Under the pieces are notes generated by a model, which was not told where the DNA came from, did no database searches, and saw only the letters and a list, made by a program, of their open reading frames with translations. Below are positions 9,296 to 18,503 of a DNA stretch of 64,000 bases, piece by piece. The position numbers were made by a program, and so were the translations under genes. Each line of letters begins with the position of its first letter. Within the stretch, counting starts at the first letter, position 1. This DNA is from Bacillota bacterium (GTDB taxonomy: Bacteria > Bacillota > UBA994 > UBA5500). The stretch covers positions 8,084-72,083 of the forward strand of contig JAKOXL010000001.1 of the NCBI GenBank assembly GCA_029781045.1. The letters run 5' to 3'.

Positions 9296-10699
9296 CTAGC
9301 GCTGCCAATCAAGCCACTCTTGGGTGTACTGCCATTGCCCTCTTTCTGTAGCGCGCGGTTCCCTACCCAAAATAACTCCCGTCTCCGCATCAAAATAGGC
9401 GTAGTCTACCCCCGGCATATTCGCTAAAGGAATGGCATAGGCCAACCTTTCCTCATAACCTCGCCCATCTACAACCGTGAGATGGGGCGTTTCATTCACA
9501 ACAAGGGCTGGGTCTAAGCTATCGATTATATCATCGGCGCTGAGGGAGGCTGCGAAGTTCAGTGGAAGGGGATACTTATCGTAATATAGATCACATTGCA
9601 GCCTAATGGCCGTAGCCATACCGCCGTCAGCGAACTGAGAACAGTAGGACCAAAGCTGGCGACTTTGTAAGGGCACATTCTGTCGCAGCACTACAAACTC
9701 CATACTATAAGAAGTCGCGTCCTGGTGGTAACGGTAGGGGATAATCTCCTCACCCTCCGTTTGGCCCCAGGCCAAGGCCAGAGTCCGAGATAACTGGGCT
9801 AGAAGGTCTAAATCGGGCCTAGGTAGAGAGGCCTCTACTTCCACCACATGCCCTCCAATTTCACTAACCAACACAGTCAAATCCACAGCTGGGGACCGAA
9901 TTGCGAAATCAACTCGCCACAAGTTCCCGTCAGTTTTCCTGCCTCTGTGCACCTTAATCTTTGGCTCTTCCTTGGCCACCAAGTCGGCGTTTTGCAGGAA
10001 CTCCTGCGCCCGTGCCAGCGCCTCAGCTTCGGTGATTCTGGCTTCGCCACTATACCATAGTCCCGGCCAGCTCTGTGGTGGTTTCGCCCGCCCCCGCCGA
10101 TGGGCTTGATAACCCTCATCCTGTTCCCCCGCCTCTTGTAACGCCATTTGCTCGAGCCAGCTATCAAAGGCTTCTTGCACCAGCGGGGTATCCTTCACCT
10201 GTTGCCAGTCGCGACCATAAACCAAGTCCAAGAGAGCCTCTGTCCGCTCTTTGGTGGCAAGAGCCCATTGGCGCAGCTCATGCAGAGATGCTCGCGTTCC
10301 GTGGGGCAGGATACCCTGTAATTGGCTGACATAGGCAAGATAGTCGATAATTGGTCCCCAAGGGTGATGAAGCATCGTATTAAGCATGTAATCATTGCGC
10401 CACGGCGCTGTGAATGGTGCTACAGCCAGTTGGCCGTAGGCTCTCTGTGCCGCAGTTACGGCACCCTGCAGTGCTTCGCTTCTCATAACCTCTTCTGGGC
10501 CCAGTAGGACCTGGGTGAGCTGCTGATCCATGGTTGTTAGCCAGCCCGACTGCTCACGGAGCCAGCGGGCTAAGGATTCCCTCTGGGTGTTTTCTATACG
10601 AAGATAGTATTGATGCTTCTGGCGAAAGCCCCATCCGACTAAGACCACAGCCAACAAGACCAAACCCACCAAACACCACCGTTGCCAGCGTTTGCGCAA
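9296..10699 (-). CDS. membrane-anchored YpeB-like protein with C-terminal PepSY-like repeats
   Basis: N-terminal TM segment. GWGFRQKHQ...ENTQRE resembles the B. subtilis YpeB N-terminus (GYWGYKEHQEK...ENNYQRAF). The C-terminus has Y-x-DAETG-x-I PepSY-like motifs. No sleB is adjacent. Confidence 0.45.
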   Translation of the reverse strand: MRKRWQRWCLVGLVLLAVVLVGWGFRQKHQYYLRIENTQRESLARWLREQSGWLTTMDQQLTQVLLGPEEVMRSEALQGAVTAAQRAYGQLAVAPFTAPWRNDYMLNTMLHHPWGPIIDYLAYVSQLQGILPHGTRASLHELRQWALATKERTEALLDLVYGRDWQQVKDTPLVQEAFDSWLEQMALQEAGEQDEGYQAHRRGRAKPPQSWPGLWYSGEARITEAEALARAQEFLQNADLVAKEEPKIKVHRGRKTDGNLWRVDFAIRSPAVDLTVLVSEIGGHVVEVEASLPRPDLDLLAQLSRTLALAWGQTEGEEIIPYRYHQDATSYSMEFVVLRQNVPLQSRQLWSYCSQFADGGMATAIRLQCDLYYDKYPLPLNFAASLSADDIIDSLDPALVVNETPHLTVVDGRGYEERLAYAIPLANMPGVDYAYFDAETGVILGREPRATERGQWQYTQEWLDWQR

Positions 10700-10812
10700 C
10701 CTTCTCCCTCCATGCTATTTTACCGATCTCTATTAGCCATTCTATGTCTCCTGCAAAAAAGCGTGTCGCCACCGAGTGGCGACACGCCTCTTTGCTCCGA
10801 TTCAAGAGCTAC

Positions 10813-12060
10813 TTAAAGTATGGACTCGCTAACCCCGGCAATGCCGGCCATCATTGTGGCCAGAAGGAAGATGATCTGCGGCCCCTTGTAGGCATTGGTA
10901 GAGTCCCACCATTCTTTGGTGGTATGCACCATGCCCGCGTTGCCACCACCGCCAACACAGACGGCTGGAATGCCCTTGGCAATGGGCGGATTGGCGTTGG
11001 TGTTACCTCCGTGCCCCAGTGTGGGCTCCATACCCATGTCTTTAATCAAGGCATAGGTGGCCTGCACTATCGGAGCGTCTGCCGGTTGGGTGCCGGCCTT
11101 TACGTCCACATAGGTTTCAATGTCGTAGGTGATGGTGTCCATCCCCCAGCGGGCGGTTTCTTCGGCGCAGGCCTCTTTGATGCACTGCAGAACTTTCCCG
11201 TACAGGATATCGAGCTCCACTTGGCAGTCGGAGCGCATGTTCATCTTGATGGTGGCTTTGGGAACGATGGCATGTATAGCCGCATCGTTACCAGCGTGGA
11301 AGTTGCTGACGGCGTAAGTAGTCTTGGGCGATACGGGCACTTCCAGATCAGCAATTTTGGCTACCGCCCGGGCCGCCGCATGTAGCGGATTGGCCACCTT
11401 GCCAAAGGCCCCATAGGCGTGGCCACCAATGCCGTAGAAGTTGACGGCAAAGGTCTTCATTCCCGTTGCCTCGTAGGTAATGGTGTCAATGCTGGCGCCA
11501 TCGATATTGATACACCCGATGATATTGTCATGGTCAGCAAGAAAATCCTTCATGCCACCAAAACCACCCATGCCCTCCTCACGGGATGTGCCCATGAAGA
11601 TGAGGTCATGCTCGGTTTCAATCTGGCTGTGGTTGAAGGCGCGTAGAACCGATAGTACGGCCGCCAAACCTCTAGTGTCATCGGCCATGCCAGGGCAGTG
11701 GTAAACCCCATCCCTTGGTTCTGGGCGACCGGCGACTGTGCCTTTAGGGAAGACCGTGTCCAGATGGCCCTCTATGACAATGGCCTTACCTGTGTTACCT
11801 TTGCCCCGCCGCACGCCGAAGGCATTGCCATGGCGATCCACCTGTACGTCCTCCAGACCTAAGGCCGCCAGCTTATCGGCAAAAGCCCTAGCTCTATCCC
11901 ACTCCTCAAAGGTGGGCGCCTCAATGACAACCAGATCCAGCTGATCCTCCAAGGTGTTCTGCTCATCAGCCTGAATGAACTCCATCCCCCGCTGTACCGC
12001 CTCTAAACCTTTTAGCCGCTCATACGTCTTGGCAATCCTCTCCGACACTACGTACTCCAT
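10813..12060 (-). CDS. M20 family metallopeptidase (ArgE/DapE/CPG2-like)
   Basis: HxD...GHLDTVFP metal-binding motifs and an M20 dimerisation-domain pattern. Start at MEYVVS with an AGGGAGG RBS (the track ORF is longer). Confidence 0.75.
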   Translation of the reverse strand: MEYVVSERIAKTYERLKGLEAVQRGMEFIQADEQNTLEDQLDLVVIEAPTFEEWDRARAFADKLAALGLEDVQVDRHGNAFGVRRGKGNTGKAIVIEGHLDTVFPKGTVAGRPEPRDGVYHCPGMADDTRGLAAVLSVLRAFNHSQIETEHDLIFMGTSREEGMGGFGGMKDFLADHDNIIGCINIDGASIDTITYEATGMKTFAVNFYGIGGHAYGAFGKVANPLHAAARAVAKIADLEVPVSPKTTYAVSNFHAGNDAAIHAIVPKATIKMNMRSDCQVELDILYGKVLQCIKEACAEETARWGMDTITYDIETYVDVKAGTQPADAPIVQATYALIKDMGMEPTLGHGGNTNANPPIAKGIPAVCVGGGGNAGMVHTTKEWWDSTNAYKGPQIIFLLATMMAGIAGVSESIL

Positions 12061-12157
12061 AGTAAGGCCTCCCTCTTGATTCTTATCACTTGGAACGGGT
12101 TTCCCCTTGTGTTTTATTTCTGTAGCCGTATCATTATCCCTGCTGGAAAAGATAAAA

Positions 12158-12181
12158 AGGGCTGTCGCAAAACAGCCCCTT
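12158..12181 (-). terminator. terminator hairpin (GGGCTGTCGCAAAACAGCCC) between the CBM-repeat gene and the M20 peptidase gene
   Basis: aagggctgtcgcaaaacagccccttat. A T-run follows on the minus strand (ctttttatctttt). Confidence 0.5.
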
Positions 12182-12192
12182 ATCATAGCAAA

Positions 12193-13611
12193 TTAGGTCA
12201 AGCGGCAGAAAATCACGTTATCTATATCCAATTCTGGGGTGGTTTCAGCATCATCGTCAGGGCAGCCGAATTGCACACGCGCGGCCACGGCGCCTCGAGG
12301 AGCAGGCTCCGTTACGCCAGCGTAAACCAACCACTTAATGGTGGTGATGCCGTTGCTCTCATGATTACTCTGTAAGATGGCACTTAACCCCAGACCGATT
12401 TCGTTACCGTTTCTATCCAGCCAGATAACTTGGGCCGTGAGATTACTCAAACCGTTACGGGCTCGGAAAGCAAAGCTCAACAGGAAGCAGTGATTCTCAG
12501 CGTAGCGGAGGGGAACATCTTGAAATAGGAAAGAGCCATCGTCCATTTCCGCATATTGGGTACCTTCATAGGAATCGTCTGCCGATGGAGTATCCACATC
12601 ATCGAAGGTCCAGGAGGTCAAACCGTTTTCAAAACCGGGGTTGAGAATTAAGTTAGTAGAGGCTACCCGGATGAAGATGACCTGATCAATATGCAGTGGT
12701 TCGGCAGTGAAGAAGATGATTCTGGCACGCACTGCTCCACGAGGGGCAGGACTGGTGACCCCAAGATAGGTCAGATATCCACCTTGCGTCAGCAGGGTGA
12801 GATTAGGAACAATGAGTTGTAAACCGGGTTCGCCGATAACCGTATCATTCCGATCCAACCATAATACTTGCACCGTTACAGCCGCCAAGGCAGGCGAGTG
12901 GTATCCAACACCTAGCAGATAGGTGGAGCCCCGAGGATGACGGGAGATGTCCACATCCTGCTGCAGCACCGCATTATCGGCATTGGCTACCGCTGCCCCT
13001 ATACCCTCAAGCCGGAAGAAGTAGCTGGGGGCAAAGGTCTCTGTTGTCCAAGAAGTCAAGCCTATTTCAAAACCCGGGTTGTTTACCAGGTTGCCACTGA
13101 GAACAGGGGCCAAAACTATCTGATCCAGTTGAATGAAGCTGGCTTCATTGCCTTCCTGTTTGGTAAATACCAAGCGAGCAAAGGCCGCCTGTGCCGGGGA
13201 AGGGTCCACAATATGGAAATGAGTCACCCGTTCGCTGTCCAGATCAGTCACCGCCTTAGGGTTAATGAAGAGACGGGCACCGTAACCAATAATCCGTTGG
13301 AAACTATCTAGCCAAATTACCTCCACAATCAGGCGCGGTGGGGGGACCAGCTCGGTCACCTGGGAACTTCTGAGGTTGAAGCTTAGGAGCAGAGGGTAGC
13401 CTCTTACCCCAAACAGAGGAATGTCCTGCCAAAGGGCAGCCTGTTCCGGCCCCATTTCCACCAGAAGGTTCCCTTCATAGGTGGGATGGCTGATGATTTC
13501 CACGTCACCAAAGATCTGCCACTCGGCAAAGTCCTGCTTGAAGCTTGGATTCTGGACCAGGTTTAGACCGGGGACGGGCCTACGCTCAACCCTGTATCTC
13601 CGTCTGGCCAT
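12193..13611 (-). CDS. protein made of three tandem CBM4/9-like (carbohydrate-binding, jelly-roll) domains, no signal peptide
   Basis: Three ~150-aa repeats each open with N(L/P)xFExGLTSW-type motifs (LVQNPSFKQDFAEW, LVNNPGFEIGLTSW, LILNPGFENGLTSW). Start at MARRR with AAGGAGGG 7 nt upstream. Confidence 0.55.
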   Translation of the reverse strand: MARRRYRVERRPVPGLNLVQNPSFKQDFAEWQIFGDVEIISHPTYEGNLLVEMGPEQAALWQDIPLFGVRGYPLLLSFNLRSSQVTELVPPPRLIVEVIWLDSFQRIIGYGARLFINPKAVTDLDSERVTHFHIVDPSPAQAAFARLVFTKQEGNEASFIQLDQIVLAPVLSGNLVNNPGFEIGLTSWTTETFAPSYFFRLEGIGAAVANADNAVLQQDVDISRHPRGSTYLLGVGYHSPALAAVTVQVLWLDRNDTVIGEPGLQLIVPNLTLLTQGGYLTYLGVTSPAPRGAVRARIIFFTAEPLHIDQVIFIRVASTNLILNPGFENGLTSWTFDDVDTPSADDSYEGTQYAEMDDGSFLFQDVPLRYAENHCFLLSFAFRARNGLSNLTAQVIWLDRNGNEIGLGLSAILQSNHESNGITTIKWLVYAGVTEPAPRGAVAARVQFGCPDDDAETTPELDIDNVIFCRLT

Positions 13612-13840
13612 GTCTTTTCCCTCCTTTCTCAAGTAGCTGCTTTCCCAATATTGTATGCAGTATAGAATGGTGGTGTGTCATTGTGGCTACACCAACAAGC
13701 TGGCAAGACAAGCAGCAAACCTTTGTACTCAAAGATAGACAAGTGGCATTGCGGAAAGCGGCGTGGTGAACGCCTATGGTATAATAGTTCGCGACCCAAA
13801 TGGCGAGCATTGCTCTAACAGAGGATGAAAAGACTGGGGG

Positions 13841-14773
13841 ATGAGCATGAGGAAGAAGTGGCAGGGTGAGGCGATGTTGCTGCTGGCCGCACTTATTTGG
13901 GGGGCCGCTTTTGTAGCCCAAAGAACAGGCATGGAGTATGTGGGGCCATTTACCTTTAACGGTATCCGCACTCTGCTGGGTGCACTGGCTCTGGTGCCGG
14001 TAATTGTGCTGATGAATAGGCAGCAGAAGGGACAGGGCGAGTCAAGCCCCGCGCAGATGGCCAGAGAAAAAAGGAACCTGCTGATCGGCGGTTCCTTGTG
14101 CGGAATCATATTGTTCGTGGCCAGTTCCTTGCAGCAGTACGGCCTAGTCTATACCACTGCTGGCAAGGCGGGCTTTATTACGGCCTTGTATATAGTCTTT
14201 GTTCCCCTGTGTGGGCTCTTTCTGAAGCGAAAGATCCGCCCCTTGCTGTGGCTGTGTGTAGGCTTGGCTACTCTAGGGCTCTATTTACTCTCGGTGCAGG
14301 AAGGGTTTGCTATTAACAGTGGTGACCTGCTGGTCTTGGCCTCGGCCTTCGCCTTTACGGCCCACATATTGGTCATTGACCATTTTTCTCCCCAAACCGA
14401 CGGGGTAAAGATGTCGTGCTTGCAGTTTCTTGTCTGCGGAGTTCTCTCGCTGCCCTTCATGTTAGCTTTTGAGACCGTCAACTGGTCAGACATCAAGGCC
14501 TGTTGGCTGCCCATTGCCTATGCGGGCATCTTATCCTGTGGAGTGGCCTATACGCTGCAAATAATCGCGCAGAAGCGAACGGAACCCACCATTGCTTCTC
14601 TCCTACTATCTCTGGAGTCGGCCTTTGCCCTGCTGGCGGGCATGGTTATTCTGCACGAACAGGTTTCCTCGCGGGAGGCCGTCGGCTGTCTCATCATGTT
14701 CGCCGCCATTATCTTAGCCCAACTACCCGAAAAGAGGCGTCGGGTAACCCGTGGAACTAGTACCGAATTCTAA
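13841..14773 (+). CDS. DMT superfamily (EamA-like) transporter
   Basis: Ten predicted TM helices with two EamA-like halves. Divergent from the CBM-repeat gene. Confidence 0.75.
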   Translation: MSMRKKWQGEAMLLLAALIWGAAFVAQRTGMEYVGPFTFNGIRTLLGALALVPVIVLMNRQQKGQGESSPAQMAREKRNLLIGGSLCGIILFVASSLQQYGLVYTTAGKAGFITALYIVFVPLCGLFLKRKIRPLLWLCVGLATLGLYLLSVQEGFAINSGDLLVLASAFAFTAHILVIDHFSPQTDGVKMSCLQFLVCGVLSLPFMLAFETVNWSDIKACWLPIAYAGILSCGVAYTLQIIAQKRTEPTIASLLLSLESAFALLAGMVILHEQVSSREAVGCLIMFAAIILAQLPEKRRRVTRGTSTEF

Positions 14774-14868
14774 CCGAGCAGCTTGCTGCTGATTCTAGGA
14801 AGATACCTATGGTACAATAAGGAAGTGCCAGCTAAGAACCCGGGCAAGCGCGAAAGGAGAGGAGCTAT

Positions 14869-15420
14869 ATGGTCTTATCGGACAAGTCGATTAGAGAGCT
14901 ATTAAGGCAAGGGGAGTTGACCATCAGTCCTTTAGAAGATTCCCAGATCCAGCCGGCCAGTGTGGATATACGTTTGGGTAACACCTTCAGCATAGTAGAA
15001 GATACCAGTGAGGGAATACTTGTCTTAGACAAAAGGATCAGCTATAAAACCATAACCACCGACCGCTATGTTCTCATGCCCGGCCATTTCGTTTTGGCAA
15101 CAACCATGGAGTACTTCTCCCTCCCCAATAATCTAACCGCCTTTGTTGAAGGTCGCAGCTCCATCGGTCGCCTCGGCCTCTTTATACAGAATGCGGGCTG
15201 GGTCGACCCGGGCTTTGAAGGTGAGATTACTTTAGAACTCTTCAACGCCAACCGCACTGCCATCGAGCTGCGGGCCGGGCGCCGTGTAGGGCAGCTGGTC
15301 TTTGCCCAACTGGACCAGGAAGCCCAAAACCCTTACCGGGGGAAATACCAAGGCCAAAGGGGCGCCACTGGATCTCGTATATACCTGGATACGGAAGTAA
15401 GGCTAAACCCACAGGGTTAA
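14869..15420 (+). CDS. dcd: dCTP deaminase
   Basis: 183 aa with the [13 protein letters not shown]-terminus and a dUTPase-like fold typical of Dcd. Confidence 0.85.
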   Translation: MVLSDKSIRELLRQGELTISPLEDSQIQPASVDIRLGNTFSIVEDTSEGILVLDKRISYKTITTDRYVLMPGHFVLATTMEYFSLPNNLTAFVEGRSSIGRLGLFIQNAGWVDPGFEGEITLELFNANRTAIELRAGRRVGQLVFAQLDQEAQNPYRGKYQGQRGATGSRIYLDTEVRLNPQG

Positions 15421-15429
15421 CCATGGAAG

Positions 15430-15465
15430 AGGGGCTTTCGAAAAGCCTCTTTTTGTCCCCTGCAC
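15430..15465 (+). terminator. intrinsic terminator downstream of dcd
   Basis: agaggggctttcgaaaagcctcttttttg is an imperfect GC stem followed by a T-run. Confidence 0.5.
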
Positions 15466-15982
15466 ACCTCATCTTCTGCTGACTGCAACGGGTGTCGTGT
15501 GCTCACACATACCAAGAGAACTCGCCCCATATATCTATAACACAGCCTATGGCGTCTAGAGGGGGCGATGTTTTGCCGCTGATCCTTTGCAGTGACCTGC
15601 TGGCCACATGGGGCTATGGTCAGGTCTTGGCACTACTGAATTTCCATCTAGTTGACCGGGGCCATGATCTGGCGACCATTGGTGTGCTCAATGCCACAAT
15701 GCTGCTGAGCAGCCTTATTCGTTCTAGGCTTACTGCATACCCTGGGCGCCATTATTGGTACCCGCCTAGGAGCCATACTACTGCAACAATCAAGTCAGCA
15801 CCTGCTGCTGGTGGCAACTGCAGGCATTGGCTTGGCCCTTTTGTTGGCTGTTATTTCGTTAACCAATGAAAAGAAAAAACCGCAAAGCCCTTAGCCTGCG
15901 GCGTTCCGCGTTCATCGTCATACACCTACTTCTAATTGCTCTCCGGAGGCCCCTTACCTGACCCATTTTCAGATCAAAAAGG

Positions 15983-16018
15983 CTTTTCGGCAAGCGCCGA
16001 AAAGCCTTTGTTCTCATT
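15983..16018. terminator. bidirectional terminator hairpin immediately 3' of tRNA-Ser(GGA)
   Basis: ggcttttcggc-aagc-gccgaaaagcc is an 11-bp perfect stem with T-runs on both sides. Confidence 0.6.
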
Positions 16019-16022
16019 AAGA

Positions 16023-16117
16023 TGGCGGAGGAGGCGGGATTCGAACCCGCGACACGGTTTTTGACCGTGTACTCGATTTCCAGTCGAGCGCCTTAGACCA
16101 TCTCGGCCACCCCTCCA
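16023..16117 (-). tRNA. tRNA-Ser (anticodon GGA), class II with long variable arm, CCA encoded
   Basis: The reverse complement starts GGAGGGGTGGCCGAG...; anticodon stem-loop CTCGA-CTGGAAA-TCGAG; GGTTCGAATCC T-arm; 3' CCA. Confidence 0.85.
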
Positions 16118-16209
16118 ACAAGTATTGACTTATGCACTTACTGAGTATAGCGTCAAAATCACAATCTGTCAAATGTCATTTGCTGTTACAAAACTAGGAT
16201 TACGACAGT

Positions 16210-17619
16210 TTAAGCCTTTTGCCAGATACGAGTGCCAACACTTACCTTGTTGCAGGTACCATTGTAGGCATGAAACTCCAATACTAATCCCGGCGGAAGA
16301 ACTTCGCCAGATCCGGATGAAGTGAAGACACTCCCACCACAGAACAAAAGTGGTTCGCAGTGCTTATCATTTTGGGCAACCAATACACCATTGGCGTTTA
16401 GCGCAATGCGAAGCTCTTCGTCGGCCTCCTGAGAGCTATAGACCCCAGTATAAATCGCCGGATTCTCAGGCTTACCGGACCAAACTTCATGTACCGAGTC
16501 GTGCTTTTGTTCTAGCGGCAATCCTAGCCTCATATTGAGGGCCGCATTGGTCAAAGGCGAACAATCTATGTCGCTGAGATTTGTCAAGACTGTAACAGCA
16601 AAGGCGCCATCCTTAATAAAACATCCGATAGCAGAGACTCCGGTTAACCCACCGTCATGCTCGCAAATAGCCACATCTTCAAACAAGCGCTTATACAATC
16701 CGTAGCAGTAAGTACCCCTTTTTGTCTCTGCGAAAGCCCTGCCAACAAGCCGTTCTACACAGCTTTCAGGGAAGATCCGTTTGCCGCCGTAAACCCCCCG
16801 GCAAGACAACGCCATGAAATACTTGTTCATATCCATTGCCGTTGACTTGATCCAGCCACAGCCTCGGTAAGGCGGGGCGTTATCCCAGTTGTTTGTACAA
16901 TGGATAACGCCATTCTTATCTTTAGTGAAGAGGCTTGTAACATTACCTTTCGGCAATAGAGCGTTCAGATCAAAACTGGTGCGTTCCATTCCTAAGGGTT
17001 GGAAGATACGCCGGTCTGCATAGGTTTCTAACGGCTCTCCTGCCGCTTTATCTATTACACTCGACAGCAGTGCGTAACCTTCGTTTAAGTAGCTCATATA
17101 TCGCCCTGGAGGTCCGAGAACGCGGAAGTTATCCCCTTGCGCAATGAAGGAGATGATGTCGTCTATATGCTCCACCTTGGTCGTGGACTCGGCCTTATAT
17201 CGTTCCTGTATCTCTGCCCTCCAGGGCTCCGTGGGAGTATGCCAGGCCAAAGACCAATCTAAGGTTGGTAGCGGTGGGATCCCGGCAGTGTGATTGGCCA
17301 AATGGTGCACCAACACTGCTTCCTGGGGAGTTCCTGGAATGCGGAAGTCAGGTAAGTACTTCGCTACCGGATCGTCAAAACTGAGTTTACCTTCATGCTC
17401 CAACAAGGCAGCCGCCAGACAAGTAATGGATTTGCTCAATGACGCTATACCAAAAATAGTGTCTGCCGTTGCCTTTTCTTTTCCATCACAGTCCCGGTAG
17501 CCGAATCCCCGGCTATACAGCACTCCGCTATCGTCGCTGACACAAATTGCTGCACCCGGCACCTCTTGCCGCTTAAGCTCCTGAGCAACATGCAAATCAA
17601 GCTTGGCCCAATCGTACAT
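16210..17619 (-). CDS. serine hydrolase, beta-lactamase / S12 D-peptidase family (D-aminopeptidase/D-stereospecific peptidase-like)
   Basis: SxxK active-site motif (ASLSKS). ~470 aa with a C-terminal extra domain as in S12 D-aminopeptidases. Paralog of the 18504-19919 gene. Confidence 0.75.
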   Translation of the reverse strand: MYDWAKLDLHVAQELKRQEVPGAAICVSDDSGVLYSRGFGYRDCDGKEKATADTIFGIASLSKSITCLAAALLEHEGKLSFDDPVAKYLPDFRIPGTPQEAVLVHHLANHTAGIPPLPTLDWSLAWHTPTEPWRAEIQERYKAESTTKVEHIDDIISFIAQGDNFRVLGPPGRYMSYLNEGYALLSSVIDKAAGEPLETYADRRIFQPLGMERTSFDLNALLPKGNVTSLFTKDKNGVIHCTNNWDNAPPYRGCGWIKSTAMDMNKYFMALSCRGVYGGKRIFPESCVERLVGRAFAETKRGTYCYGLYKRLFEDVAICEHDGGLTGVSAIGCFIKDGAFAVTVLTNLSDIDCSPLTNAALNMRLGLPLEQKHDSVHEVWSGKPENPAIYTGVYSSQEADEELRIALNANGVLVAQNDKHCEPLLFCGGSVFTSSGSGEVLPPGLVLEFHAYNGTCNKVSVGTRIWQKA

Positions 17620-17671
17620 TATCTTTCCTCCGCTCCACAGTCTCTACCGCGACCAACCAGGAAGCGCAGGC

Positions 17672-18469
17672 CTACACTATCCACTTTAATGTTCGCAACA
17701 CCTCATAGTAGCACGGGCTCTCAAAGGTTACTATGTTGGCCGTCTCCCTTTTGACTCCTGGGAAATATGAGACCTTTTCGGCATAGGTGTGCTCTTTGAA
17801 GAAAATCTCGACCTTAAAGTGTTCGGGCAGTTTGATCTTCGCTGCTTGCAAGTCTTGCCGTACGGCCTTTTCTGCCGCGTTACGGATATTCTCAACCACC
17901 AGATCCGGTGAATAGTTTCTTGTTAGGCTACCACTTCCGTCTTTGGTTGGCACCGTCAACAGACTGGGATGTAGTTCGTTTTCGTCCTCACAGAGCATTT
18001 TGTCTCCAGAGAGCAGTACAGTAGGCACTCCTTCCAAAGCACAAGCCCAGCTATAAATCATGAACTCGGAAGCAAAACGACCGTTAATCTTGATCCAAGC
18101 AGGCCTGCCAGTGAGCGTGTGAGACAGAGGATTACCCATCTTGCCAGCGGCCGAATGATAACCAACAAACATGGCACAGTCAAAGGTTTTATCTACTCCT
18201 TCAACCATGAGGTAAGGATGGCCCGACGTGTTACGCAGTAGTACTACATTTTTTGGCATTTGGGCCGGGTCTAGGTTTAGCCCGGAACCATGGGCATCTT
18301 TCACATAGACTTCAGTTGCCCCGCCGGCAAAGGCACCTTCACAGGCCGCCAATACTTCCCGCGTCATTTGCTTAACATGGGGAGCTGCCATCGGTTCCTG
18401 CGTAAAGGTTTCCTTCCATTCCGTCGTACTGGCGATACCTTCAATATCCGCGCTGATAAATACCTTCAT
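17672..18469 (-). CDS. dppA: D-aminopeptidase DppA (peptidase M55)
   Basis: MKVFISADIEGIA N-terminus and the M55 family pattern. 265 aa. Confidence 0.8.
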   Translation of the reverse strand: MKVFISADIEGIASTTEWKETFTQEPMAAPHVKQMTREVLAACEGAFAGGATEVYVKDAHGSGLNLDPAQMPKNVVLLRNTSGHPYLMVEGVDKTFDCAMFVGYHSAAGKMGNPLSHTLTGRPAWIKINGRFASEFMIYSWACALEGVPTVLLSGDKMLCEDENELHPSLLTVPTKDGSGSLTRNYSPDLVVENIRNAAEKAVRQDLQAAKIKLPEHFKVEIFFKEHTYAEKVSYFPGVKRETANIVTFESPCYYEVLRTLKWIV

Positions 18470-18503
18470 GTGGTCTTATCCTCCCTTTCAAGCTAGCGGC
18501 TAG

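Noticed and set aside
10534-11385. 283-aa + strand ORF spanning the YpeB-like/M20 peptidase region
   Set aside because: Antisense to two strongly supported minus-strand genes; Gly/Ala/Pro-rich composition typical of GC-rich antisense frames; no RBS.
15492-15869. 125-aa ORF as an intact gene
   Set aside because: No RBS and odd composition. A second overlapping frame reads as a membrane-protein tail. Better explained as a decayed gene (see the 15466-15982 finding) than a real 125-aa protein.
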